Assembly (NCBI GenBank): GCA_037439685.1 | Contig: JBBIVO010000004.1 | Span: 19,254 to 54,026 of the forward strand | Length of the DNA: 34,773 bases | Direction of reading: 5' to 3' | Origin: Candidatus Bathyarchaeota archaeon | GTDB lineage: Archaea; Thermoproteota; Bathyarchaeia; TCS64 | Shown: in pieces, positions 8,501 to 17,453 of the stretch | How positions within the stretch are numbered: position 1 is the stretch's first letter | Layout of the letters: every line of letters starts with the position of its first letter | Notes under the pieces: model-generated | What the model was told of the DNA's origin: nothing | Database searches by the model: none | Seen by the model: only the letters and a program-made list of their open reading frames with translations | Position numbers and translations under genes: made by a program

Positions 8501-9969
8501 TCCGATGCACCAGCGATGCTCTCAAGCCTCTGTGTAAGCCTGCCGCGATCCTCCCATCTCAGCCTCCCATCCTCGATGAGAAGGGCCCTGTCAGCGAGCT
8601 CCGCCACCACCCTCGCATCGTGGGTGGCTATGAGGAGGGAGGTCCCCCTCTCCCTGAGCCTCTCCACGAAGCCCTTGAGGCTGCGGAACAGCCTGTAGTC
8701 GAGGCCGGCCGTCGGCTCGTCTAAAAGCATCAAATCTGGCCTGTAGCACCTCCCGATGGCGATGGATAGCCACATCCTCTGGCCGAAGCTGAGCCTGTAA
8801 GGGCTCTGACGCCTCAGCTCGTGATACCAGGGGATCATCCCGGCGGCCTCCTCGAATCCCAGGCCGCCCTTCCTGGAGGCCTCCCTCACCTCCCCCTCAA
8901 GGCTTGAGGAGATGAAGAGGTGGTCTGGCTGCTGGGGAACATAGAAGACCCTTTTGAGCACCCTTCGCCGGCCGCTTTCCGAGGGCTCAAGGCCCTCAAC
9001 CCTTATGGAGCCGGAGAGGGGCTTGACGGCCCCGATGATGGTCTTCAGCAGCGTGGTCTTCCCCGAGCCGTTGGGGCCCACGAGGGCGATGGCCTCCCCC
9101 CTCTCCACCTCGAAGGAGGCTCCCCTTATCAGGGGCTTACCTTCCATGTGCCCCACATCGACCGAGTCCAGCTCCAGGACCACCCCGCCCGCCACCCTCC
9201 TCGGTGCCTCCTCGACCTCGGGCTCCCTCACGTCGACGCCCATCGAGGCCAGCCTCTCAAGCTCCCCCTTCCTAAGGGCCCATCCCGGCCCATAATCGCC
9301 TTTAACTGTCCCATCATCGATCACCAGCACCCTGTCTGCCTCTCCCATGAAGTGTCTAGCCTTATGCTCGACGATGATGGCCGATGCCCCCCTCTTCCTG
9401 GCCTCCTCCACCATCCTCTTCGCCTCCCTTATCCCCCAGGGGTCTAGGGAGGCCGTCGGCTCGTCGAGGATCAGGAGCCTTGGCTCGTGGACTATCGCCG
9501 AGGCGAGGGTCAGCCTCCTCTTCTCGCCGCTGGAGAGGTCCTCAACGTGAACATGCGCCTTATCTATAAGGCCGAACCTCTTTAGGGCCCTCTCCACAGC
9601 CTTCCCGATCTCTTCATCCTCGTATCCCAGGTTCTCGAGGGTGAAGGAGGCCTCATCCCATGGGGTCGGCATGGCGAGCTGCCTCTCGGGGTCCTGGAGG
9701 ACGGCCCCCACCAATCTGGGCACGCCCCTGAAGCCCTCAGGGGTCAGGGGGTTGAGGCCGAAGATCTCCGAGGAGCCTTTGACGACTCCTCCGAGCAGGT
9801 TTGAGAGGACCCCCGTAAACGCCAGGAGGAGCGTGGTCTTACCAGATCCCGATGGGCCAACCACTAGGAGGAGGCCCCCCTCCTCGATGCCACTCGATAT
9901 CTGCCTCAGGACCTTCCTATCGGAGACGTATTGGGCCTCCCCTATGTCGAACCTGACCGCGGCCATCAC
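8497..9969 (-). CDS. ECF transporter double ATPase (YkoD-like, fused A-A')
   Basis: Two Walker A (GPSGSGKT, GPNGSGKT), two Walker B (LDEP), Q-loop QDPERQ, signatures LSSGE and LSFGQ. Confidence 0.92.
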   Translation of the reverse strand: MMAAVRFDIGEAQYVSDRKVLRQISSGIEEGGLLLVVGPSGSGKTTLLLAFTGVLSNLLGGVVKGSSEIFGLNPLTPEGFRGVPRLVGAVLQDPERQLAMPTPWDEASFTLENLGYEDEEIGKAVERALKRFGLIDKAHVHVEDLSSGEKRRLTLASAIVHEPRLLILDEPTASLDPWGIREAKRMVEEARKRGASAIIVEHKARHFMGEADRVLVIDDGTVKGDYGPGWALRKGELERLASMGVDVREPEVEEAPRRVAGGVVLELDSVDVGHMEGKPLIRGASFEVERGEAIALVGPNGSGKTTLLKTIIGAVKPLSGSIRVEGLEPSESGRRRVLKRVFYVPQQPDHLFISSSLEGEVREASRKGGLGFEEAAGMIPWYHELRRQSPYRLSFGQRMWLSIAIGRCYRPDLMLLDEPTAGLDYRLFRSLKGFVERLRERGTSLLIATHDARVVAELADRALLIEDGRLRWEDRGRLTQRLESIAGASD

Positions 9970-10088
9970 ACAACCTTCCAGTGCCCGCTCAGATGGAGAG
10001 GATGTGGAGATAGATAAATAACCATGCGAGATTTCGAGTGGGGATTAGGGGGTAGATGTGGGAACTCTCAAGGCCAGATTCTGGAGCC

Positions 10089-10556
10089 TCAATGCTTAAG
10101 CAGGTTTAGGTCTCTGAGGAGGATGATCTCGGTTACCCTCTCCCCTTCCTGTTTTAGCTGGTTGTCGGCTGTGATGAGTGGGGCGCCCATCTTCTTGGAG
10201 AGGTGGAGGTAGGTTGAGTCGTATACGGTTAGTTTGATTGTGGCGGCTATGTTCAGGATCTCTGCTAGGTCATCCCAGCTGGTTGCCTCGATGTTTAGGC
10301 CTAGGTGTCCCAGCGCCTCTATGGCTTCGATTCCATCGCCGGGTTTTAGGGCGCCTGTGAATGTCGATTTCAGTATGACTGAGGCCACCTCATAGAGGAG
10401 GAGGAGCGGCGCGTACGCCTCCACCTCCCCAAAAGCTATTTTCCCCTCGAGGGCTCTGGACTGCGTTTCCCAGGGCTCTCCCGGTATAACCCACTTGGCT
10501 GCCACGCTGGCGTCGACGACTACCCTAGGCTTCTCTCCCTGTCTTCCCTTATCCAT
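10089..10556 (-). CDS. vapC: VapC PIN-domain toxin
   Basis: VVVDASVAAKW, YEV, VYDSTYL and LITADN PIN motifs. Confidence 0.92.
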   Translation of the reverse strand: MDKGRQGEKPRVVVDASVAAKWVIPGEPWETQSRALEGKIAFGEVEAYAPLLLLYEVASVILKSTFTGALKPGDGIEAIEALGHLGLNIEATSWDDLAEILNIAATIKLTVYDSTYLHLSKKMGAPLITADNQLKQEGERVTEIILLRDLNLLKH

Positions 10557-10756
10557 CTCACGAGCTCCTCTGTGGGCACAGCACAGGCCCTTTCACGGAT
10601 CTCGTCCAGCCTCCTCGCCGAGTCCACGGCCATCTCCACCCTAATCTTGGCCTCTATGACCCCCCTAAGGTATTCGCTCCAGTTAACATCGACCCTTCTC
10701 ATCAGCTCCCTCACCTCCTCGGGAACCTTCACCGACACATTGACAAGCCTACCCAT
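10520..10756 (-). CDS. vapB: VapB-type ribbon-helix-helix antitoxin
   Basis: VSVKVPEEV...VNWSEYLR RHH pattern, WIREDRE tail; overlaps vapC. Confidence 0.85.
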   Translation of the reverse strand: MGRLVNVSVKVPEEVRELMRRVDVNWSEYLRGVIEAKIRVEMAVDSARRLDEIRERACAVPTEELVRWIREDRERSLG

Positions 10757-10899
10757 ATGGCTCACCATATTGTAATCTTAATTGAGACTACCATATGAAT
10801 GTTGCTCAATAATCGATTCAAAGGCCGTTCAACCATTCAGCTAAGCCATCAGCCCGGTGAGGCATCTAAGAGCTTTCCCTCTCCTCGCATCCGCTCAGG

Positions 10900-11029
10900 G
10901 GCTCCCTGGTAAATTCCAGCAGCTCGTTGACCATCCCTACAAACACGGCGAATGAGGCCCCACGCCAGCGGGACTGCCGCTCGGCTTGAAGCTAGCCATG
11001 GGCTTAACGGCTTCAGACGCCCCGCTCAA
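10900..11029 (-). pseudogene. Possible N-terminal remnant of a TnpB-like protein
   Basis: Overlaps the HTH ORF end. Reads LSGASEAVK...(frameshift)FVGMVNELLEF, recalling N-termini of archaeal TnpB proteins. Short and not verifiable by eye. Confidence 0.35.
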
Positions 11030-11177
11030 CTATCCGCTTCACCTCGCTATCGGGTATCCTCCAGAGCTTGCCAACCCTAACCGCCCTGATCCTGCCCTGC
11101 CTGATCCACTCGTTAACGGTAGCCCTATGGACCCTAAGCAGCTCGGCGACCTCCCTCACCCTCCACATACGCTCCAT
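11013..11177 (-). CDS. Excisionase/MerR-like HTH protein (HTH_17; IS607 TnpA N-terminus-like), 54 aa, absent from ORF track
   Basis: MERMWRVREVAELLRVHRATVNEWIRQGRIRAVRVGKLWRIPDSEVKRIVERGV*. Confidence 0.85.
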   Translation of the reverse strand: MERMWRVREVAELLRVHRATVNEWIRQGRIRAVRVGKLWRIPDSEVKRIVERGV

Positions 11178-11452
11178 AAATGCTCAAAACAACTAAAACC
11201 TCATAAGATTATTAAGCCTTGCCCTAAACAATAGCGGTTCCGAAGCCCTTCCCGGGCAGCTTGTCTCTGAACAGCGTTGGTGCCTGCGCTTACACCTCTC
11301 GCCCTTCACAGTTCGGCAGATGGGCGCTGAGGCCCCAGCCAGCTTCGCCACCCAGCCCTTAAATTGCGGCACCCCGGAGCTGGTGAGCCGTGAGAGGAGG
11401 GGAAAACTCTTATCTATTTTAAACGGCTTTCTAGAGCTGCTGGGTGGTCTGA

Positions 11453-11995
11453 TTGCAGGAAGCTGGGCGTGGACCCCCCCTGAGGTACACCGCCGTCGAT
11501 TATGCGATGCTTGCGGTGGTGGGCGTAGTGGCCGCCATAATATTCTGGGCCACATGGTTCGTTTATGACTTCGGATTGGGGCTTGGAGGGCCCGTGATCG
11601 CGAGGGTCATATCCTACGGGCTCTGGTTCATAGGAGGCCCCATGGCAGCATCTCTGATAAGGAAGCCCCTGGCAGCCCTCCTGGGGGAGACCTTGGGGGC
11701 GCTGGTTGAGACCTTGGTGCCCACGGTTGGAGGGTTCACAAACCTCATCTACGGGGTGGCGCAGGGCGCCGCCTCCGAGCTCGGATATGCGCTGCTCCGC
11801 TACAGGAGATGGGGCTTGGGTTCAGGCGCCCTTGCAGGGGCTCTGGCCGCCTTCCCCTGCGTCGCCCTCGACTCCATCCTCTTCGGCGAGATAGCCACGG
11901 CCGAGGTGATGGCCCTCTGGCTGTTGGCAGCCATCCTCAGCGGGGCGATCTACGGGGCACTGGCCGCGGGCGGCGCCTCGGCCGTCAGGAGATGA
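11453..11995 (+). CDS. ECF S component, YkoE-like (thiamine/HMP precursor)
   Basis: YGLWFIG, IRKPLAALLGE and QGAASELGY motifs; ATGA overlap with tenA. Confidence 0.88.
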   Translation: MQEAGRGPPLRYTAVDYAMLAVVGVVAAIIFWATWFVYDFGLGLGGPVIARVISYGLWFIGGPMAASLIRKPLAALLGETLGALVETLVPTVGGFTNLIYGVAQGAASELGYALLRYRRWGLGSGALAGALAAFPCVALDSILFGEIATAEVMALWLLAAILSGAIYGALAAGGASAVRR

Positions 11996-12660
11996 GCGGT
12001 TTGGAGAGGCTCACGGAGAGGCTCAGGAGAGATGTGGAGGGGATATGGAGGAGGATCCTTGAGCATCCCTTCGTTGTAGAGCTCTACGAGGGCTCCCTAC
12101 CCCCGGAGAAGTTCAGGTACTATATAATCCAAGATTATAATTATCTGATAGGGATGATGAGGGCCTACTCCATCCTAGCCTCGAAGGCCGAGTATGGGCT
12201 GGCCAGGGAGGCCCTGGAGATAGCCTACCTCGACGCGACGACGGAGATGGAGAACTACAATAGGCTCCTGGAGAGGATGGGCCTAAGCCTAGAGGAGGTG
12301 ATGAGGATAGAGCCCGCCCCGACAAACATGGCCTATATGAACCACCTCTTGGCCACCGCCATGATAGGCGACCCATTGGACTGCCTGGTCGCGACGCTCC
12401 CCTGCTTCTGGTCATACCTCGAGATAGGGGAGAGGCACAGGGATTCGCTGAGAAGAAACCAGAACGGGCTTTACAGGTCCTGGGCTGAGGTATACCTAAC
12501 AGAGGAGTATAAACGGCTCGTGGAGAGGCTCAAGGAGAACGTAGATGGGCTGTGGAGGGGAGGAGATTATGATATGCATAGGAGGATATTCACCACCAGC
12601 TCAAGGTATGAGTGGATGTTCTGGGAGATGTCATACAGGATGGAAGGGTGGCCCATATAG
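11992..12660 (+). CDS. tenA: Thiaminase II / aminopyrimidine aminohydrolase (TenA, Cys-type)
   Basis: HPFV, YIIQDYNYL, catalytic LPCFWSY, YEWMFW. True start is ATG 11992, not 11809. Confidence 0.95.
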   Translation: MSGLERLTERLRRDVEGIWRRILEHPFVVELYEGSLPPEKFRYYIIQDYNYLIGMMRAYSILASKAEYGLAREALEIAYLDATTEMENYNRLLERMGLSLEEVMRIEPAPTNMAYMNHLLATAMIGDPLDCLVATLPCFWSYLEIGERHRDSLRRNQNGLYRSWAEVYLTEEYKRLVERLKENVDGLWRGGDYDMHRRIFTTSSRYEWMFWEMSYRMEGWPI

Positions 12661-12904
12661 CCGCAAACTGCGCTGATGGAGTCAGTAGAGGCCCGGGATC
12701 CTCGAGGCGTTTATACCATAAGGGATATGAGGAGGGTGTAAAGGCACTCAGCCCGATGGATGGTAGCCCATATGCCCGAGATAGGCGGCTTCGAGGGATC
12801 AACCCGGAGGGGAATCACCACCCCATTCACGCGAGGGATCGATCTTAGCTTCATGGATATAAGGCCCCTAAGGTTATCATCCTTAGGGGCCAGGGGAAGG
12901 CGGG

Positions 12905-13756
12905 TTGTATGATGACAGGATAGATCTGGTGCTCTCAGCCATCAACCATCCCGTGAGGCGCGGAATAGTCCGCTACCTAGCCGAGGCTGGGGCCCAATCC
13001 TACACCTCTCTAATGGAGAGGTTCAGGCTTCAGACAGGCACCCTGAACCATCACCTGAGGATGCTCGAGCCCCTCTTAGAGCAGGATGGGGATAAGAGGT
13101 ACCTCCTGAATAGGGAAGGGGAGATCGCCTATCGAGCCCTTAGACATATGGAGGACCTAATCTCCAGGCCCAAGCTTCCAACTCTGAAGAGGAGGAGGGT
13201 TCTTCCTCTAATTAGGGGGATACCATTAGGGTTCTACAAGCTTCTGGTCCACCCATCCCAGGCCTTCTCCGAGGCCCAGGAGAGGCTGGGAGCCTATCTG
13301 CCCTGCGGCCTTATAATCCTGGCCTTATACCTGGCCTCCACCCCGACGGTGGGCATCCCCGCCGTGATGAGGTCTCTGGCCGGCATCCTGGGCATGTTCA
13401 CCTTCAGCTACACCTTTCCAAGGGCCTTCTATGATAAGAGGCCTGGGTTCCTCCGCCTCCTGGCCTCCATAGGGATGAGCTACCTCCCCCTACTGGTCTT
13501 CAACACCATGATCACGCTCTCCATCCTAGAGGCCATAGCCTCCATCTCCTCCCCCCTCCTAGTGGAGGACCCGGCCTACGCCGTCCTCATACAGGTCTAC
13601 GCGGCCCTCTTCATCTGGCGTTTCGCCCTCCTCTTCCTCGCCTTCAGGACTTCCTGCAGGCTTACCTCTGGACAGTCGGTTGCGGCGGTCTTCGCCTTCT
13701 CCATCGCTGAGAGCTCCCTCGCACTGGCCCTCGAGCACGCCTTCAGGGTCGCCTGA
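12905..13756 (+). CDS. Membrane-anchored regulator: ArsR-like wHTH fused to Yip1-like membrane domain
   Basis: HPVRRGI...SYTSLM...TGTLNHHLRML..YLLNREG wHTH. Then LLVHPSQAFSE (Yip1-type start) and about 5 hydrophobic helices. Confidence 0.7.
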   Translation: MYDDRIDLVLSAINHPVRRGIVRYLAEAGAQSYTSLMERFRLQTGTLNHHLRMLEPLLEQDGDKRYLLNREGEIAYRALRHMEDLISRPKLPTLKRRRVLPLIRGIPLGFYKLLVHPSQAFSEAQERLGAYLPCGLIILALYLASTPTVGIPAVMRSLAGILGMFTFSYTFPRAFYDKRPGFLRLLASIGMSYLPLLVFNTMITLSILEAIASISSPLLVEDPAYAVLIQVYAALFIWRFALLFLAFRTSCRLTSGQSVAAVFAFSIAESSLALALEHAFRVA

Positions 13757-13769
13757 GCATCGAAAGCCT

Positions 13770-13805
13770 CCTCGACAAGAGCTCCCTCGTCAAGAAGGTT
13801 AATAC
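13770..13805 (+). promoter_or_regulatory. Tandem 11-bp direct repeat upstream of a TATA-like box
   Basis: CCTCGACAAGA (13770-13780) and CCTCGTCAAGA (13785-13795), directly followed by AGGTTAATAC. Confidence 0.5.
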
Positions 13806-13841
13806 GCCCGCCCAGCTCAGGGTCTTCTCGGAGGGAAAGAG

Positions 13842-14300
13842 ATGAAGAGACTCCTACTCTTAGGCCTAATAGCTCTCGCAGCCATCGGCGCCCTAGCCAT
13901 CCCAACATACGCCTACTTCAGCTCCTTCCAAGGTTACAAGGTAGCCCAGAGCGGGGAGCAGGAGAGGCCTCCCCTGGCTATGAGGATTCAGCGTTGCCTT
14001 CCTAAGGGCCTGCCCAGAGTCGAGGTGAGCGAGGATTTCAGATTGAAGGCTCAGAGCATAGCTGAGGGCGACGGCGACGTCCAAAGGCTCCTGAGTGAGG
14101 GTTATAACATAACCTGGGTTAGGCCCATCATAAAGGCAGTGGTTCAGGGCGATGGAACGGTGACGTTGAAGGCCACCCAGGCCATCCTAGTGCTCACGAA
14201 GAACAGTTCAGGGTTGGCCCATGTCGAGGTGAACATCGAGGCCGGCAAGGTGACCAAGATAACCATCCTAAGCAGAACCGTAATAGAGAAGGGCTCATAA
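13842..14300 (+). CDS. Secreted/membrane-anchored hypothetical protein (PepSY-like C-terminus)
   Basis: Signal peptide MKRLLLLGLIALAAIGALAIP; helix AQSIAEGDGDVQRLL and beta hairpin VEVNIEAGKV. Confidence 0.7.
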   Translation: MKRLLLLGLIALAAIGALAIPTYAYFSSFQGYKVAQSGEQERPPLAMRIQRCLPKGLPRVEVSEDFRLKAQSIAEGDGDVQRLLSEGYNITWVRPIIKAVVQGDGTVTLKATQAILVLTKNSSGLAHVEVNIEAGKVTKITILSRTVIEKGS

Positions 14301-14343
14301 CCCTCCTTTTTATGCGATGAAGGCTGGAAGGAATGGAGAGGGG

Positions 14344-14892
14344 ATGGAGGAGAGGAAGAGGCTCTACCTGGCGAGCTGGGGTGAGAGGCTTGTCGCCTGG
14401 CTCGTGGACGTGATACTGGTGGGAGGGCTCGCCATAATCCTCCTGCTGTACATGAGGAGGTTCATCCCATTGGCCTGGTTGGAGAGGCCTCAGCTCCTCT
14501 GGTGGCCAAGGAGGCCCCCTATCCCTCCCTATCCCCCCCTCTTCCTCCTCGTCCCATTCATGTTCCTAACCCCATGGTTCACCGGGGTTGGGGCTGCGGC
14601 TCTCCTCTTCATCTATTGGACCCTCTGCGAGGGGCTGGTGGGGCAATCCCTCGGGAAGAGGCTTATAGGCATAAGGGTGGTAAACCTTGAAGGTGGAGAG
14701 GCGGGCCTCAAGAGGGCCCTCGTGGAGAGCCTTGGGAAGGCCTTCCTCCTCCCCCTCGACATGGTGATCGGGCTGATAATCCCGGAGGGGGTTGAGCGAA
14801 GGCAGAGGCTCTTCAACTACATGAGCTCCACCATAGTGGTTAGGACGGGGGAGAGGCCTCCACCGTCCCATGTCGAGTATGTGAAGACGTGA
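14344..14892 (+). CDS. RDD family membrane protein
   Basis: ASWGERLVAWLVD, GQSLGKRLIGIRVV and RQRLFNYMSSTIVV motifs (alternative start 14317). Confidence 0.92.
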   Translation: MEERKRLYLASWGERLVAWLVDVILVGGLAIILLLYMRRFIPLAWLERPQLLWWPRRPPIPPYPPLFLLVPFMFLTPWFTGVGAAALLFIYWTLCEGLVGQSLGKRLIGIRVVNLEGGEAGLKRALVESLGKAFLLPLDMVIGLIIPEGVERRQRLFNYMSSTIVVRTGERPPPSHVEYVKT

Positions 14893-17450
14893 GGAGGGAT
14901 GAGACTGGAATGAAGAATCAAGATGGGAGAAAGATGGTGGCCGCTCCCGTTGTGGCCGAGGATGCCCCCAGGAGGGAGGCTGGGGGCTTGAGCTCCTGGA
15001 AGGGGATTAGGGCGCCGAGCTGGGCCCTCATCCTCGTGACGGCCCTCTCCCTCGCGCTTATCCTACCTCCAGCCGAGGCCCAGGCCGTAGGCTACTTCTC
15101 GGTTGTAAGGGCCTACTGGGGCTTAGAGCAGCCCATAGAGGTGTCGAGGGGGGACACGGCCAGCTTGGGCATACTCCTAAGGTACGGGTTCCAGTATCCG
15201 GTGAGGGGGTTGGAGGCGGAGCTGGCTCTGCCGGAGGGGTTCATGGCGGTGGGTGGGGGGAGGACCGCCCGGGTTCACTACGCCGGATCCATATCAACGG
15301 GGTCGATAATAAGGCTGGATTTCCCCATCTTCATAGCCGGGGCCGGTAAGGGAGGCTACATGGCTCATCTCCAGCTCAGCTATGAGATCCCCGACCTGGC
15401 CCGTTCAAGGACCGAGGTCTTAGAGGTATACTTCGAGGTGACGGGGAAGCCCAACCTTAGGATAACCTCCCCGGCCTCCCCCCTAAGCGAGGGGTTCCAG
15501 GAGGTGAGGCTCCTCATCGAGAACGATGGGGACGCCGCGGCGGAGAGCATCAGGGTGATCAGGGTCTACTCCTCCTCAGCCCCCGTGGAGGTGTTGGGAT
15601 CCTCCAACCTCGGGAGGCTTGAGCCGGGAATGGGGGCCACCCTCCCCCTAGAGGTGTACGTCCCCTCATCCCTTAAGGGGGGGCTATTGACGCTGAGCGT
15701 CGATGTCGGCTGCAACGGCCCCAGCGGGGTCAGCTACACCTTCTCCAGAACCCTCCTCCTGCCCGTGGAGGCGGGAAAATCCCTCGTCACCGGCAGGGTC
15801 ATATGCGAGGATGAGGCGGAGGTCGGAGACGTATCCGTGGAGGTCTACTCCTCTGAGGGGGCCTACATAGGGAGGATCCAGGATCTAGGATACCTGACGC
15901 CTGATGGAAGGTTCTCGGCGCGCCTAACCCTAGGGAGCTACAGCATACAATTCTCGAGGGAGGGATACTCAAAGGCCACGAGGAGCTTCTCTCTCAAGTC
16001 GGCGGGGGAGATCCTCAACCTAGGAGAGGTCAAGATCCTGAGGTCTATAAGGCTCTCCTCATCAACCCTAAGCCTCTCCGCGAGTGCCGGAGATAGGCTC
16101 CTCCTCCCCTTCAGCATCAGAAATGTGGGAGAGGAGGCTGAGATCTTAGAGCTAAACGCATCCTGCCCGGAGGGGTGGCAGGTCAGGATCCTGGGCCAGG
16201 AGGGGAGGGGCGTGAGCAGGGTGGAGCTCCCATCAGGGGGGAGCCTCAGCCTCCAGGCTGAGGTCACGGTGCCTGCCACAGCGAGGGGGAGCAACAACCT
16301 GACGATAAGCGCCCTCGGGAAGATAGCCTCCAGCCTCACCTTCACGGTTAATATAGAGCCGACCAGCGAGGCGATAGCCTCATGTCAGCTCCCTGGAAAG
16401 GTCTCAACGGTTGGAGACGTCGTCAGGTTCCAGGTAAACCTGAGGAACCCCCTGGGGGCGAGGACGACCTTCAGGGTCTACGTGGACTCGGTGCCCCAGA
16501 ACTGGTCCGCCTCCGTTAAGAGCCCGACCGGCGAGTACCTAACCCAGGTTACCCTAGAGGCAAACCAGGCCTTGGAGCTCATCGTGGAGGCCACATCCCC
16601 CACCGCCGCCAAGATGGGGGAGGAGTACGGCCTGGTGTTCAGGGCGGAGGCCATTGAAGGAAGCCTCAGGGGAGGCGTGCCTCTCCGGGTAACCCTCACC
16701 CAGGTTGAGGAGGATGTCAAGTTCTACGTCAAGTCTCCGGAGGTGACCGTGGAGGCGGGGAAGACCATAAGGTATCCCATCACCATAATAAACTCTGGAG
16801 GGGTGGATAGGCTTCTATCCTTCAACGTGGAGCCCCCGAGCGACTGGAAGGTCGTCTTCAAGTATGGAGAGCTGGAGGTTACAGGCCTATACCTGGGCTC
16901 CAAGAGCTCTGAGACCCTGGTGATAGAGGCCACGCCGCCGAGCACGGTCAACATCGGGGAGTACTCGATACCCGTCAGGGTAATATCTGAGAGGGGGGTC
17001 AAATACGCCGAGATTGGGCTGAAGGCGACCATCGTCGGCTCCTACTCCCTGGGCGTGGAGGCCTCAACCCTCCTGACGAGCCTCTCGGTTGGGGGCTCAA
17101 CGAGCCTGAGGGCTACGGTGACGAACAAGGGATACACCACCCTGACAGGCGTCAGGCTCAGCGTCGAGGCCCCGAGCGGATGGGAGGCCTCGGTCACCCC
17201 AACCATGGTGGAGGCCCTGAAGCCGAGGGAGTCATACTCCTTCAACATCGTGTTGAAGACCTCTGGAGACACGGTGGCAGGAGACTATATGGTCACCCTT
17301 AAGGGCCTGAGCGACCAGGCCTCATCAGACCCCGTCCAGGTGAGGGTCACCGCCACCGTCCCCACCTCATGGGGGCTCATAGGGTTGGGGGTGGCAGCCT
17401 TCATGGTCATCATGCTGTTCTTCGCGTTCAGGAGGTTCAGGAGGCGATAG
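14889..17450 (+). CDS. Large surface protein with CARDB/NEW3-like Ig repeats and C-terminal membrane anchor
   Basis: Signal-like helix ending AEAQA; repeated beta-sandwiches with N.G...PEGW/PQNW/PSDW/PSGW; a carboxypeptidase-regulatory-like domain; C-terminal TM helix plus RRFRRR. Confidence 0.85.
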   Translation: MRRDETGMKNQDGRKMVAAPVVAEDAPRREAGGLSSWKGIRAPSWALILVTALSLALILPPAEAQAVGYFSVVRAYWGLEQPIEVSRGDTASLGILLRYGFQYPVRGLEAELALPEGFMAVGGGRTARVHYAGSISTGSIIRLDFPIFIAGAGKGGYMAHLQLSYEIPDLARSRTEVLEVYFEVTGKPNLRITSPASPLSEGFQEVRLLIENDGDAAAESIRVIRVYSSSAPVEVLGSSNLGRLEPGMGATLPLEVYVPSSLKGGLLTLSVDVGCNGPSGVSYTFSRTLLLPVEAGKSLVTGRVICEDEAEVGDVSVEVYSSEGAYIGRIQDLGYLTPDGRFSARLTLGSYSIQFSREGYSKATRSFSLKSAGEILNLGEVKILRSIRLSSSTLSLSASAGDRLLLPFSIRNVGEEAEILELNASCPEGWQVRILGQEGRGVSRVELPSGGSLSLQAEVTVPATARGSNNLTISALGKIASSLTFTVNIEPTSEAIASCQLPGKVSTVGDVVRFQVNLRNPLGARTTFRVYVDSVPQNWSASVKSPTGEYLTQVTLEANQALELIVEATSPTAAKMGEEYGLVFRAEAIEGSLRGGVPLRVTLTQVEEDVKFYVKSPEVTVEAGKTIRYPITIINSGGVDRLLSFNVEPPSDWKVVFKYGELEVTGLYLGSKSSETLVIEATPPSTVNIGEYSIPVRVISERGVKYAEIGLKATIVGSYSLGVEASTLLTSLSVGGSTSLRATVTNKGYTTLTGVRLSVEAPSGWEASVTPTMVEALKPRESYSFNIVLKTSGDTVAGDYMVTLKGLSDQASSDPVQVRVTATVPTSWGLIGLGVAAFMVIMLFFAFRRFRRR

Positions 17451-17453
17451 AGC

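Noticed and set aside
11235-11452. TPP riboswitch upstream of the ykoE-like gene and tenA
   Set aside because: GTGAGAG is present, but the CUGAU and closing AGCG/GGGA elements are not in the right order. The TATA-like box lies downstream of this tract.
11809-11991. N-terminal extension of TenA in the ORF track
   Set aside because: Overlaps the S-component gene out of frame; the ATGA coupling at 11992 marks the real start.
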